IMG/VR virus record: IMGVR_UViG_3300038673_000510
Coordinates: 52,959 to 116,958 of that record
Reading direction: 5' to 3' (one strand)
Origin: a virus
Taxonomy: Duplodnaviria > Caudoviricetes
Length of the DNA: 64,000 nucleotides
Shown here in pieces: positions 1-10,203 of the stretch. A program made the translations under genes and the position numbers. The first letter of the stretch is position 1. Each line of letters begins with the position of its first letter. The notes under the pieces were generated by a model. The model worked only from the letters and a program-made list of their open reading frames with translations. It ran no database searches and was not told the origin of the DNA.

Positions 1-1
1 T

Positions 2-280
2 ACCGGTGAAATCATGAGTTCAGTATTCGCCTTAAAATGGGCAGATAAAAACAATATTCCGATGGTTGTTATATATCATGATTATATAGGACTTGGACAG
101 TGGGCAGCTGGACATTGGAAAACAAAAGCGCCAATCTCAATAAAATATAAAGAGTTGCTTGGCAAAATAAAATGTAAAGCAGAATTCAGACACGTAAAAG
201 GTCATACTGGAAATGTATGGAATGAAGCGGTTGATAAACTTGCTGAACAAGGAAAGTTTAGAAAACTATGGAAAATATAA
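2..280 (+). CDS. rnhA: Ribonuclease HI, 5'-truncated by the window edge
   Basis: The frame is open from base 2 (TGEIMSS). Motifs IYHDYIGLGQWAAGHWK and FRHVKGHTGNVWNEAVDKLA are typical of RNase HI. Confidence 0.85.
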   Translation, partial: TGEIMSSVFALKWADKNNIPMVVIYHDYIGLGQWAAGHWKTKAPISIKYKELLGKIKCKAEFRHVKGHTGNVWNEAVDKLAEQGKFRKLWKI

Positions 281-414
281 AAAACTTTCTTAATTTATTT
301 AAGAAAAAACAATGCAATCATGTTTTTATGAAACGATATGCGTATTTACACACTCCTTATAAAATACGTTTTGAAGAATGTATTAAGTGCGGAAGATTAT
401 AAAGGATAATAACA

Positions 415-1002
415 ATGGAAAATAAAAATTTTTTTGAAGAATATCACAAAATTAATTCAGTTTATAAAAGAGATCCAAAAACTAAAAAAATAATCATCGG
501 AGATTATTCAACTCCGGAAATCGAATTCCTTAAAAACAATCAGTGGACTGCTGATGAAAAAATCGATGGAACAAATATTCGTATCGGATGGGATTGTGAA
601 AAAGTTATTATCGGTGGAAGGACTAAGGATGCTCAGCTGAGTATGGAATTAATACAGTCACTTCAGAAGATATTTACAGTTGAAAAATTCAAAAGTATTT
701 ATCCTGAAACTCCAATGACACTTTATGGACAAGCATTTGGTATTCAAGGAAAAACTTTTGGTATTCCTACTGTAGATGCTTCTGTAAAAAGATCTATACC
801 ATTATATAAAATTGAATATTATGTTGAAAGGTTTATTGATTATGCCAAAGAACATCCTGAACTGACTTTCCTTGTTACTGAAATAGGTTGTGGGCTTGCA
901 GGGTTTAAAGTAAAAGACATTGCTCCTTTATTTGTCAAAGCAATTGATGTAGAGAACATTCATTTGCCATCTAAATTCTGGCACAAGCTGGAGAACATAT
1001 GA
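415..1002 (+). CDS. Chimeric protein: N-terminal fragment of an Rnl2-like RNA ligase fused to the C-terminal part of an A1S_2505-like (macrodomain-related) phage protein
   Basis: The N-half has YHKINSVYKRD and ligase motif I EKIDGTNIRI, running to TLYG. The C-half reads YGQAFGIQGKTFGIPT...FIDYAKEHPELTFLVTEIGCGLAGF...LPSKFW. Confidence 0.7.
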   Translation: MENKNFFEEYHKINSVYKRDPKTKKIIIGDYSTPEIEFLKNNQWTADEKIDGTNIRIGWDCEKVIIGGRTKDAQLSMELIQSLQKIFTVEKFKSIYPETPMTLYGQAFGIQGKTFGIPTVDASVKRSIPLYKIEYYVERFIDYAKEHPELTFLVTEIGCGLAGFKVKDIAPLFVKAIDVENIHLPSKFWHKLENI

Positions 1003-1251
1003 GCTGCAAAAGAGCAGAAGATTATGAGAAGATAAGAAAATCATTGATAATGACAAATGAAAAATACCACCAGAAGTTTGATATATAAGGAAATAATTAT
1101 ATGAATAATGAACAAATGTTTTGGATTCTATATGGTATGTTAGCTGGTATCTTTCTGCAATTAGTATTTATAAATAATAAACTCAGAGATATTAGAGATA
1201 ACTCTCATAAAAAATAATTAAACGTGGCATAGATTGTGACAGAGGAGTAAA

Positions 1252-1521
1252 ATGAAACATCCCATAATAATTGAAAAATATAATGGAACAATGGAAGAAT
1301 TAGTTAATGATTTATCACAACTGAATTACACCTCTCTTAAATATATTTTTGATATGCTTGCTGTGAAAATAGCAAAAGATGCACAAGAAGACTTTTCAAA
1401 AGGAAGAGTTCAACTCAGTAAGGGACTTATGGATTTAGCTGAAAAATTATCAGACTGTGCTATACTAATTAACCCCATATGGAAAATATGTAAAAATCAT
1501 ATGGACTTGGGGAAAAAATAA
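1252..1521 (+). CDS. hypothetical protein
   Basis: 89-aa ORF with a GAGGAG RBS. Confidence 0.7.
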   Translation: MKHPIIIEKYNGTMEELVNDLSQLNYTSLKYIFDMLAVKIAKDAQEDFSKGRVQLSKGLMDLAEKLSDCAILINPIWKICKNHMDLGKK

Positions 1522-1549
1522 TTGTTGACGAAAATGAAAAGGTATAATT

Positions 1550-1780
1550 ATGAAATTGTCAGAAGTATTAGAAAGTTTAAGATTGAAATTCACAAGTGGT
1601 AATGCTGTTCCAGTAGAACGTGCATTTATTCTTAAAGAAGAGTATGAAGTTATTCTTAATGTAATAAATACATATCAAACGGCACTGGAAGATATTCGCA
1701 ATTTTGCAGATTATTATCCAGGTTGTGGTGAATATTCTTGTGGACAAAAAGCAATAGAAGCTTTGGAGAAAATAAAATGA
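1550..1780 (+). CDS. hypothetical protein
   Basis: 76-aa ORF with an ATGA overlap into the next gene. Confidence 0.65.
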   Translation: MKLSEVLESLRLKFTSGNAVPVERAFILKEEYEVILNVINTYQTALEDIRNFADYYPGCGEYSCGQKAIEALEKIK

Positions 1781-1974
1781 AAAACCAAATAACTGAAATC
1801 GTTCTTATTAAAGATATGAGCGCCGGCAATGAAACAGTAGGCGAATCATGGCAAGAAACAAAAATTTTTAGTGTTGATGAACCTATTACAAATCTTTTAA
1901 AATGGGCTTTTCCGGATTGCGATTATGAAAGAAAATCAAGAAAAAGAGTAACTATTACTATTCCTGAGCAATAA
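1777..1974 (+). CDS. hypothetical protein
   Basis: GGAG RBS and ATG at 1777 overlapping the upstream stop. Confidence 0.6.
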   Translation: MKNQITEIVLIKDMSAGNETVGESWQETKIFSVDEPITNLLKWAFPDCDYERKSRKRVTITIPEQ

Positions 1975-1993
1975 GAAAAAAATCACATAAGGG

Positions 1994-2022
1994 TTGACAA
2001 TAATGCAAATATAAGATATAAT
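1994..2022 (+). promoter_or_regulatory. consensus sigma70-type (early) promoter
   Basis: TTGACA (1994-1999), 17-bp spacer, TATAAT (2017-2022), upstream of the lipoprotein gene. Confidence 0.85.
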
Positions 2023-2046
2023 TAATATATAACGAGGTTAATAAAA

Positions 2047-2904
2047 ATGAATAAAAATCTAATTAGTTTCTCAATGACAATTCTTGTCATTCTCTCAATG
2101 ATCGGTTGTCAAGTTGACACCGATAAATCTGGTAAACGTAATGTTATTGTTAATAAGGCTTTTGGTTCGACAGCTGCTCCCACAAAGTCTTCACGAACAG
2201 CTGCTTCCACAAAGTCTGCACGAACAGTGTCTATTTTCAATGCTGAACGGGGCAACGACACTTTTGAGATTGTACGTGATATTAATAAAGCGAATAATAT
2301 TACAAAAATGACCACCACCTCTTCAAATCATTCAATATATACTTTTGAATATGATGAGAATAATCGTATGGTATGTATGAAAAATTATGATAACATTGAC
2401 GGTGACAGCGAGGGTGATACACTAAATGCTACATTAAAATTTTCATATTCACCAAATACTATGACAGTTGATTATATTGTTGGTACCAATCCCGATGCAA
2501 TCCCTACAAGCAGCATTGTTTATACTTATGATGTTAATGATAGTACAAAAGTTATAAGTAAAGAGGTTGATGGTACAAATTATACTTATGTATATTCAGA
2601 AGATGGGACACTTGATAAAATTATAGACACTAATGGTTTAACATATCTTGATTATACTTATGATGGTTCTGAAGTTTCTTGTTTTTCATCATCATCTGGC
2701 ATAAATTTTAAAAATAGATATAATGCAGATGGTAATATTGAATATGCATATTGCAACGCTGGTCCATCAACAGTATATTATACTTATGAAGTAACCGAAG
2801 TAGAAACGCTTCCCGAAAATTTTCTACCTTTTAATAATTATCTTGTGCTTATTGATGTTACTTATGGCTCGTTTGATGGCTTTAATGGATTTGAATACAA
2901 ATAG
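2047..2904 (+). CDS. Putative lipoprotein with YD/RHS-like beta repeats
   Basis: Signal peptide ending in the lipobox-like SMIG-C, a Ser/Thr/Ala linker, and repeated YTFEYD/YTYD/YVYSEDG motifs. Confidence 0.7.
   Translation: MNKNLISFSMTILVILSMIGCQVDTDKSGKRNVIVNKAFGSTAAPTKSSRTAASTKSARTVSIFNAERGNDTFEIVRDINKANNITKMTTTSSNHSIYTFEYDENNRMVCMKNYDNIDGDSEGDTLNATLKFSYSPNTMTVDYIVGTNPDAIPTSSIVYTYDVNDSTKVISKEVDGTNYTYVYSEDGTLDKIIDTNGLTYLDYTYDGSEVSCFSSSSGINFKNRYNADGNIEYAYCNAGPSTVYYTYEVTEVETLPENFLPFNNYLVLIDVTYGSFDGFNGFEYK
2170..2227 (+). repeat. 27-bp tandem repeat (2 copies plus a partial) in the lipoprotein linker
   Basis: acagctgctcccacaaagtcttcacga / acagctgcttccacaaagtctgcacga / acag. Confidence 0.9.
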
Positions 2905-2927
2905 TTAAATTTAAAAAAGAAATATAT

Positions 2928-2958
2928 AAGAACTCCAGCTTTTGCTGGAGTTCTTTTT
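2928..2958 (+). terminator. Rho-independent terminator
   Basis: AAGAACTCCAGC-tttt-GCTGGAGTTCTT followed by a T-run. Confidence 0.85.
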
Positions 2959-3076
2959 ATATTACAATGGAGAATAAAATGATAAGACAAGCAACTTGCG
3001 AAATAATAGTTTTGAGGACATTAAACAAATTTTTTAATTGGTTTGGTAATATCAAATTATTTGAGAGGAAAAAATA

Positions 3077-3691
3077 ATGGCAACTGGATATACGTATATG
3101 ATTATTAAAGACAAAAAAGAGCCAACATTTCAGGAGTTTGCATTTAAATGTATGCAAGCTTTTTCATGGGTATTCAGAGATAATAATCTAACAATAGAAG
3201 AAGTAATAGCAAAAGAGGGTAATTTGGAAAAAATGACAGATGATAATTATTATTCAAATGAACTTAAGGCAACACAAAAGGAACTGAAAAAACTTTTAAA
3301 AATGACCGATAAGCAGTTTGCTAATCTTGTCGATAAAGAATATAAGCAAAAAATTAAAGTTTATAATGAAAAGATGGCTGAACAAACAGAAAACATTAGA
3401 CGGCTTAATGTTAAAATTAAAGAAGTGGAAGCTTGGAATCCTCCAACAGAAAATCATGTTGCAATTAAGGAATTTATGCTTGAGCAATTAAAAATGACTA
3501 TAGATAGTGAAACTTATGATATTAATAAACCAATAGCTATATCTGTTGATGAATATAAAAAAACAGAAATTGACAAATGTACCGCTGAAATAAAATATTA
3601 TCAAGAAAAAATTGAAGCAGAACATGATAGAATAAATCATAATAATTTGTGGACAAGAACATTTTTACAGAGCATTGGTCTCTTAAAATAA
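3077..3691 (+). CDS. conserved phage hypothetical coiled-coil protein
   Basis: 204 aa with RBS GAGG. The MATGYT...TFQEFAFKC and WNPPTENH pattern is recalled from phage hypotheticals. Confidence 0.7.
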   Translation: MATGYTYMIIKDKKEPTFQEFAFKCMQAFSWVFRDNNLTIEEVIAKEGNLEKMTDDNYYSNELKATQKELKKLLKMTDKQFANLVDKEYKQKIKVYNEKMAEQTENIRRLNVKIKEVEAWNPPTENHVAIKEFMLEQLKMTIDSETYDINKPIAISVDEYKKTEIDKCTAEIKYYQEKIEAEHDRINHNNLWTRTFLQSIGLLK

Positions 3692-3741
3692 AATTACTGG
3701 AGTATAATTAAGAAAAGACTAAAAACATACGGAGTAAATTA

Positions 3742-4689
3742 ATGACTGGAAAAACTATAAAAAGTTTAACTGTTGAAGAAATTGAGAACGCAGAAGAAAA
3801 AGAACATATTGCCAGTGAGAGTGTTCGCAAAGTAAATGTTGTTAAAGAAGAAACTGTTGCTGCTAAAAAATATGATTGTAAAATGAAAGAGGAAGTTGTA
3901 TCTATTTTTGAGCCACAACCAGTACCTTTTATGCTTCCGACAAAAACAAAGGTTTATCATGGACCTGGTATTTCTAAGGATGGTAATATTTATATTCGTA
4001 GATTTACCACAAAAGAAGAGAATTCTATTCAAACATCATTATCAAAGAATCAAAAAGACAATGATCTTTCTATTAATGGTTTTCTAAAAATACTGAATAC
4101 TGCAATTGATAATTGTATTAAGTCTGATGTAAGTATTTATGAAATTCCTATTATTGATAAGGTTCCATTATTAATAAAACTTATTTCTTTATCTTATGGC
4201 AACAAACTTAAAATTGCTATTCCATGTGATGGCTGTGGGAAAGAACATGTTGTAGAGATTAATCTTGATAAAGATTTTGTTGTTAATTATGTAACCGATG
4301 AATTTGAAGTACCAAAAACTATTGCGTTAACTGGATTTTCTTTTCCAGTATCTGTTGATGTATCAATTCCTACTATAGAATTTGAAGATGCATTTGGAGG
4401 GGAAAAAGCTGAGTTGCTGAGACAATTTGAAGCGTTAATTGTGGATGCACATGGACAAAAGCCAGATGGTTCAGAAATTACTATAGAAGATATTCCATTG
4501 ATTGTAGAAAATATCGAAAAAGAAGACAAAGATAAAATCAAAGACTATATTAGTAGTTTTGAAGACATAGGAACAAATCTGCAATTAAAGCCTATGGTAT
4601 TGTGTAAAGAAAAAACATGTTCATTAAAGAACAAAAAAGTACAGCCTTTTATAGAATTAAAATTCTTATTAAATCAATTATTAGTGTAA
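3742..4689 (+). CDS. gp26: Baseplate hub assembly protein (T4 gp26-like)
   Basis: IYIRRFTTKEE, DKVPLLIKLISLSYG, CDGCG Zn knuckle and a C-terminal CxxxxC. Confidence 0.65.
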   Translation: MTGKTIKSLTVEEIENAEEKEHIASESVRKVNVVKEETVAAKKYDCKMKEEVVSIFEPQPVPFMLPTKTKVYHGPGISKDGNIYIRRFTTKEENSIQTSLSKNQKDNDLSINGFLKILNTAIDNCIKSDVSIYEIPIIDKVPLLIKLISLSYGNKLKIAIPCDGCGKEHVVEINLDKDFVVNYVTDEFEVPKTIALTGFSFPVSVDVSIPTIEFEDAFGGEKAELLRQFEALIVDAHGQKPDGSEITIEDIPLIVENIEKEDKDKIKDYISSFEDIGTNLQLKPMVLCKEKTCSLKNKKVQPFIELKFLLNQLLV

Positions 4690-4690
4690 T

Positions 4691-5608
4691 ATGCAATATA
4701 TTCCAAAGACATTATATCTTCCATCTGGCGGATTATTATATCCGCCAGTGGCTTATATACATAAACTTGATGCTTCGTATTATCTCGCCGAATTAGATGC
4801 AAATATTTATGATACAAATTTTGATAAAATTCAAAGTATCATAAAACGTTTTTGCTTACTTCCAATCGACATAAACAATATGTTATTAAGTGATATATAC
4901 TATATTTATAGTTATATATTAACTACTGATATAGTGGAAGATATTTATTTATTGAAAACAGCATATTGTTCTTCATGTGATACATTTAATAAAGTTTCTG
5001 TATCTGCGGCTAATTTCAATATACAAGTTTATAATCCTTATGATCCAATATGTTTTAATAATGAATATGTTACACTACATAATACTAAAATAAAAATACG
5101 TCATAGAATAGTACAAGATAATTTGCAATATGTGGCATTAATATCATTAGAAGAGAACGAATATGATGAATTACACATTATAAAAATGATGGTATATTTT
5201 GTTATGACGCAAATTGAAGAAATTATATATAACAATAAGTTAGTTCATAAAAAACACTGGAAAGAAGTTTTGGAGAATTTGGTTACCAGAGATTTATTTC
5301 AATTATTTAATCAGACGCTTGAGTTTAATAAAACAATTGGTATTTATGATAAATTTAAGTTTGTTTGTAAGAATTGTGGGGCTAAAAATTACTTTTGGTT
5401 TTTTGATGATATAATTGATAATAAAGTTATTACTCAAAGAACAATTAATAGAGAACAATTACTTATAATAATAAAAAGTTTTATTAGTGAAAGTAGACTT
5501 CCTTGTTTTACATTAAGCGATGTAATGAATAGACCATTACATTATCAAGAAATTTACAAGGAGGCCATTGATAGTTTGGATTTTAAAATCGGACAGGTAA
5601 TGGTTTGA
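4691..5608 (+). CDS. Second gp26-like baseplate hub protein
   Basis: LYLPSGGLLY start with CSSCD and CKNCG knuckles; same architecture as the upstream gene. Confidence 0.55.
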   Translation: MQYIPKTLYLPSGGLLYPPVAYIHKLDASYYLAELDANIYDTNFDKIQSIIKRFCLLPIDINNMLLSDIYYIYSYILTTDIVEDIYLLKTAYCSSCDTFNKVSVSAANFNIQVYNPYDPICFNNEYVTLHNTKIKIRHRIVQDNLQYVALISLEENEYDELHIIKMMVYFVMTQIEEIIYNNKLVHKKHWKEVLENLVTRDLFQLFNQTLEFNKTIGIYDKFKFVCKNCGAKNYFWFFDDIIDNKVITQRTINREQLLIIIKSFISESRLPCFTLSDVMNRPLHYQEIYKEAIDSLDFKIGQVMV

Positions 5609-6093
5609 AAATAACAATAACAGCTACAAGAATTAAAAAACAACAAAACATACAAGAAATATTTACATGGAATCCTATTACAAGATTTGCAATTGATAAT
5701 ACCAGAGGATTACCAGTAAAGTTAAGAATACAAATAGCAAAAATGTCATTACACAATAAAATAACAGATATAAAATTGATTGATATAAATTATTTTGATA
5801 ATAGTATTATGTATTTATATAATATAATAGATACAGATTTTTTTAATATACCAATTATCGAAACATGTATGATTGATTATAATCCTACATTAAGAAATAA
5901 AGACTGTAAAAATTGCCAGCATCTTAAATTTTGGAACAACCAGTTTGTCTGTTATTTACGAATGTTTCCTACGGATAAATTAGAAGGTTGTTTAGACTGG
6001 TTTGAAACAGAAACAAATAACTTGATAGAGATAAGGAAAAGACATGTATATAACCGCAAAACAGCAAGACGAAATGGTATGTTTAATAAATGA
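5605..6093 (+). CDS. hypothetical protein with a C-terminal Cys cluster
   Basis: CKNCQH...C...CLDW; TTG start overlapping the upstream stop. Confidence 0.6.
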   Translation: MKITITATRIKKQQNIQEIFTWNPITRFAIDNTRGLPVKLRIQIAKMSLHNKITDIKLIDINYFDNSIMYLYNIIDTDFFNIPIIETCMIDYNPTLRNKDCKNCQHLKFWNNQFVCYLRMFPTDKLEGCLDWFETETNNLIEIRKRHVYNRKTARRNGMFNK

Positions 6094-6733
6094 ATTTAAT
6101 TTAGAAACAAACTATGGACAAAACATCACTCGTAAAAGTAATGCCATAATGAACAATCTATATACAAATTATATGGATAAAATCATTACTGGCATTATAT
6201 TCACTCCGCAATATAGCTTTTGGCGTTATGCTGAGGCATCTGATTTGATTCAAGAAGCACGAACAGCAATATATTTATCTATATTAAAACAACAATACAA
6301 TAATGCAAAAGGAACACCATTTAATTTCTTTTCAACAGTAGTAAGTAACACATTAAAAAATTTTACAACTAAAGGCAACAGATATTATGAAAAAAAATCC
6401 AATGCTGATATTTCTAAGTTGTATAATAATCCTTCCTTAATGTACAATCAAAACCTCGACAAAAACATTCTCTTCGATAATATAATAGAAATGTTAATAG
6501 TGTATTTCGAAGATAAACCCAAATTTCAGGATTTAACAATTTTATTAGCTCAACATGTACATGTGAATAATTGTAGTAATAGTAAATTCATTAAAAAGCA
6601 TTTTATTCAATATGTTAAGGCGCATAATTATTCGCCCGCAATTGCTAATACATTTTTTAATTATTTAAAACGTTTCGCAACAAATCGTCAAATAAAAGAA
6701 TTGCTTTATTTGATAGACCATGAGTATATATAG
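6044..6733 (+). CDS. gp55: Late-transcription sigma factor (gp55-like)
   Basis: The region 2-like stretch YSFWRYAEASDLIQEARTAIYLSI...YNNAKGTPFNFFSTVVSNTL resembles gp55 (D-M-I...F-D...N-P-F-A-Y-F-T). Confidence 0.7.
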   Translation: MYITAKQQDEMVCLINEFNLETNYGQNITRKSNAIMNNLYTNYMDKIITGIIFTPQYSFWRYAEASDLIQEARTAIYLSILKQQYNNAKGTPFNFFSTVVSNTLKNFTTKGNRYYEKKSNADISKLYNNPSLMYNQNLDKNILFDNIIEMLIVYFEDKPKFQDLTILLAQHVHVNNCSNSKFIKKHFIQYVKAHNYSPAIANTFFNYLKRFATNRQIKELLYLIDHEYI

Positions 6734-6739
6734 GATATT

Positions 6740-7108
6740 ATGGAAAATTTAGAAGAACTTACAAAACTATTACGTGAATCAATAAATATGTGCAGAGAAG
6801 ACAGAAAAGCCGCTAAAGCTAATTATGAAGCTTTACGTAAACAGCTTGATGATATTCTTGAACGTGGAATGGAGAGTTCCGAGGATGGACGTGTAGAACA
6901 AGAAGTAAATAAATCACTTAAACTTGTTTTTGAAGCTGCACAAAGAGCTGATAAAGTAATTGATAGCATCACCAAAATTCTTGTTGTTCAGTTGAATAAC
7001 GAAAGTAGAGAACGTGTTGCTAATAGTCTTATAGGCGGGAATTTCCCGGGTAGTAAACAAATTGTTACTGGACCAGTTGATATTAAAATGCTTATTGATG
7101 AAGATTGA
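6740..7108 (+). CDS. hypothetical helical protein (possible terminase small subunit)
   Basis: 122-aa coiled-coil converging on the terminase gene. The function guess is positional only. Confidence 0.45.
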   Translation: MENLEELTKLLRESINMCREDRKAAKANYEALRKQLDDILERGMESSEDGRVEQEVNKSLKLVFEAAQRADKVIDSITKILVVQLNNESRERVANSLIGGNFPGSKQIVTGPVDIKMLIDED

Positions 7109-7119
7109 GGATAGAGGGA

Positions 7120-10098
7120 TTAATCATCCCTCCACGATCCTATTATACTGTTTATATCAAGTCCTTCCATTGTACATCCCATTGCATCTCCAAGTTCAAT
7201 CAATTCTTTAGTTTCGTCATCAATTTCAAAGTCATTAGCTTCCCAATATTTAATTGTCTTACTTTTTGTTTGTTGTTCTTCAAGATCATTCATAGATTGA
7301 ACAACATCACCAAAAAGTAAATGAGAAGTTACCATTTTATCTGTTGCCGCCCAACCAATATTATTAAGAAAGCAATATTGAACTAATGTCATTACTAAGT
7401 CATCATGACCAGCAAGCGCTTCAAGTTTACCAGATTTTGAATAGCCAAATCCACGAAGTTCATTTATCATACGAACGCTTCTTATTTTAACTTCTTCTTT
7501 AACAATCATAGTTTGCATAATAGCAATTCCATTCGCTCTATTTGTTGTACTCATAGGGAAACCGGGCGTTAATTCTTTTTTAGATTTCCTGTGCCAATAT
7601 AAACCTTGATACATAGTTGTTGATGCAAAATATTCAGTTACTGGACCACCAAGACCAGTACTTTCTATAGATAACTTTGCCGTATTATAATAATTACAAA
7701 TCAATTCTATGATTTGTTTAAATTTTTCTGTATCAACTTTCCCCCAATACTCGGCCACTTGTGTGCTTGTTTCTGGGTCAAATACAACTGCAGTACTAAA
7801 GTCATTTGCACGTCCAGTAGCAACGTCACAATTATGTGTCGGTATATAATTACAACAATATGTATGATCTTCTGTTTCAAAGTTATAAACTGTTCCAGTA
7901 TATTGTTGTTTTGTAACTTCGCTAATTTTTAAATATATAAATTTATTATCATCAGACAAATGACAGCATCCAATAGATTTACGAATTTTAGGATTAGGTT
8001 TAATAGTAATATCTATGTTTAATAAATTCATAAATTTAATATTTTCATGAGTTTCTATATTTAGACAATATGTTTCCTTCTGATTTACTATTCTATCTCT
8101 GATTGTAACTTGTGAATCCGCCTTACGTAATAATTTTAAATTAGAGACAACTCCTAATGAAAATAAAATATCTTGTATATCTTGTAATAATTTTAAACTA
8201 ATTGAAACAAAAGATGAACGAAAATACTTCTTTTTCGCATCTTTATCATAGTTATTCATTATTGACCCATCACCCAACAAATAACCCTTTACTAATTGAA
8301 CTTTGTATTTATTAGGAAGAAACTTTACCCACTCTGGAATTTGTTTGTTGCCAGCCCCCTTACCAAACGTTGAAATTAAAAAATCTGTAAATTGTCTTGA
8401 CGACCAATGAATTTGCATAGTATTTGTTTCGGCATTTTTAGTTGAATAAACCTTTCTATTATATTTGTTTAACAAGTTATATATTTTGTCTATTAAATAT
8501 AATTCTGAAGTTAAATTATGTGATGTTGTAATTCGACAATTATATTTTGCATGAAATGATGTATGTCCTTCCGCCAACCATAATCCAATATACCACCATA
8601 TTTCTTCATCTAATATAATATTAGAATTTAAATTAAAATCTTTTCGTTTAGATTGATATTGTTCAAAATATTTTATCATATCTAATTCTGTTGTTTTTTC
8701 ATTATTATATATGTTAGGATAACACAGCCAATCTCCTATATTAAGTTCTTGAATAGGGTAAAATTTAAAATCATGTTTCCATATTCTTGGATTATAATTT
8801 AATTTTCCGGGTCTAATTGTTTTACTTTTTGATGCAAAAACAGGATGTTCTTCTGTAAATGTTGTGGTGTTATATATATTTTCTACTCTCACAGTATAAA
8901 TATTTTTATCTTTTACTTTATGATTTATTGTTTTTATTATTTTTGTTTCTTTTCCATCAATAGAATATAAAACGTCGTTTAATGTAATATCCTCAATTTT
9001 TTTTAATCCACTTGTTGTTAAAACTTTTTCACCTGTAGGTAAACACACAACTACATATTGTTTCCCCGGCGCAGGTTCTTCCCATATCCAAAATCCCTTT
9101 ATATAATTAAAGCGTTCATCAAAGTCATCTTTCATTTCCAGCATTTTATCAAAATCCTTATAATATCCTTCTGCATCAACATCATCTGGATAAAGAAAAT
9201 CACATCTAATTGGAGATACTGGTGTCATTTTTTCAAGAATATAATTTGGTATAAGTGAGTTTTCCAAATCATAAACTTCTACACCTAAAATTTCTATTTT
9301 GTATATACGTTCGCCAAGAGTTTCCCTCATAGCTTTATGCCATTCAGCATCTTGATATTGTTCAATATCTGATGTATCTACATCAATTAAGTGAAATTTA
9401 CTTTCTTGTGGATTTTCTTGTACACCATGTAATAGAGTAAGATAGTGATTATTAATTGGATTTTGTGGAAGAGTACTAATAATAAATAATTGTGATGGCA
9501 TAGTTCTGTTTGTAAATGGCGTTCCTTGTCCTACAGCAAGAGTAGGAATTGCTGATGCCATTAAACCGCTCTGATTGTCCATCGCTGCAAACTCATCAAG
9601 TATTAAAAGTGAAATAGATCCACCTCGACCAGCGTCGCTTCCTCTTGGAATGGCGGTTACTTTACTGTTATTATGTTTAAAACTCATTGTTGTTTTTGCG
9701 AATTCATCTGTTTGTTGTTTGAGCCACAATGGAAGATGATCGTATATAAACTTTACACGACCAAGCAAATCGGTACTTTCTCTTTGGGTTAATGATACTA
9801 TTACTACATTTTGTGCTTCAAAAAATAAAGCTCTATATAAAGCATAACATGCTGTTAACGTAGAGAATCCAGTCTGACGAGTTTTCTTTGATATTATTTG
9901 TTTTTTTGATATAAATTCTTTTGCGGCTTTTTTCTGCCATCGATACATATTATCTGATAATGCAACTGCGCCTTTAGAGGGGTGAGATACTTTTACATAA
10001 TTTTCACAAAAATATAAAAAGCCGGTTTTACCCTCGACATCAGTTAATTTTTTTAATTCGATTTTTATTTCGTCGATTGTTAATTGCGATTTGTTCAT
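7120..10098 (-). CDS. gp17: Terminase large subunit containing an intein
   Basis: FLYFCENYVKV, Walker A-like KTRQTGFST, Walker B LLILDEFA, nuclease CDVATG..DFS and GHDDLVM. Confidence 0.95.
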   Translation of the reverse strand: MNKSQLTIDEIKIELKKLTDVEGKTGFLYFCENYVKVSHPSKGAVALSDNMYRWQKKAAKEFISKKQIISKKTRQTGFSTLTACYALYRALFFEAQNVVIVSLTQRESTDLLGRVKFIYDHLPLWLKQQTDEFAKTTMSFKHNNSKVTAIPRGSDAGRGGSISLLILDEFAAMDNQSGLMASAIPTLAVGQGTPFTNRTMPSQLFIISTLPQNPINNHYLTLLHGVQENPQESKFHLIDVDTSDIEQYQDAEWHKAMRETLGERIYKIEILGVEVYDLENSLIPNYILEKMTPVSPIRCDFLYPDDVDAEGYYKDFDKMLEMKDDFDERFNYIKGFWIWEEPAPGKQYVVVCLPTGEKVLTTSGLKKIEDITLNDVLYSIDGKETKIIKTINHKVKDKNIYTVRVENIYNTTTFTEEHPVFASKSKTIRPGKLNYNPRIWKHDFKFYPIQELNIGDWLCYPNIYNNEKTTELDMIKYFEQYQSKRKDFNLNSNIILDEEIWWYIGLWLAEGHTSFHAKYNCRITTSHNLTSELYLIDKIYNLLNKYNRKVYSTKNAETNTMQIHWSSRQFTDFLISTFGKGAGNKQIPEWVKFLPNKYKVQLVKGYLLGDGSIMNNYDKDAKKKYFRSSFVSISLKLLQDIQDILFSLGVVSNLKLLRKADSQVTIRDRIVNQKETYCLNIETHENIKFMNLLNIDITIKPNPKIRKSIGCCHLSDDNKFIYLKISEVTKQQYTGTVYNFETEDHTYCCNYIPTHNCDVATGRANDFSTAVVFDPETSTQVAEYWGKVDTEKFKQIIELICNYYNTAKLSIESTGLGGPVTEYFASTTMYQGLYWHRKSKKELTPGFPMSTTNRANGIAIMQTMIVKEEVKIRSVRMINELRGFGYSKSGKLEALAGHDDLVMTLVQYCFLNNIGWAATDKMVTSHLLFGDVVQSMNDLEEQQTKSKTIKYWEANDFEIDDETKELIELGDAMGCTMEGLDINSIIGSWRDD
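7831..9045 (-). mobile_element. Intein (405 aa) with LAGLIDADG homing endonuclease, in the terminase
   Basis: YVVV|CLPTGEKV ... YIPTHN|CDVATG; block B TEEHP; LAGLIDADG motifs IGLWLAEG and KGYLLGDG. Confidence 0.95.
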
Positions 10099-10203
10099 AA
10101 TTCCTACCTTTATCTTATTATATTATGTTTATAAAGAAAAAAGATCGCGCTTTTTCGATCAATACGACAATATAATAAGTAAATACTATTTTGAGGAAAG
10201 CGC

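Noticed and set aside
1525-1548. TTGACG...TATAAT promoter before 1550
   Set aside because: The spacer is only 12 bp, so it is not a credible sigma70 promoter as written.
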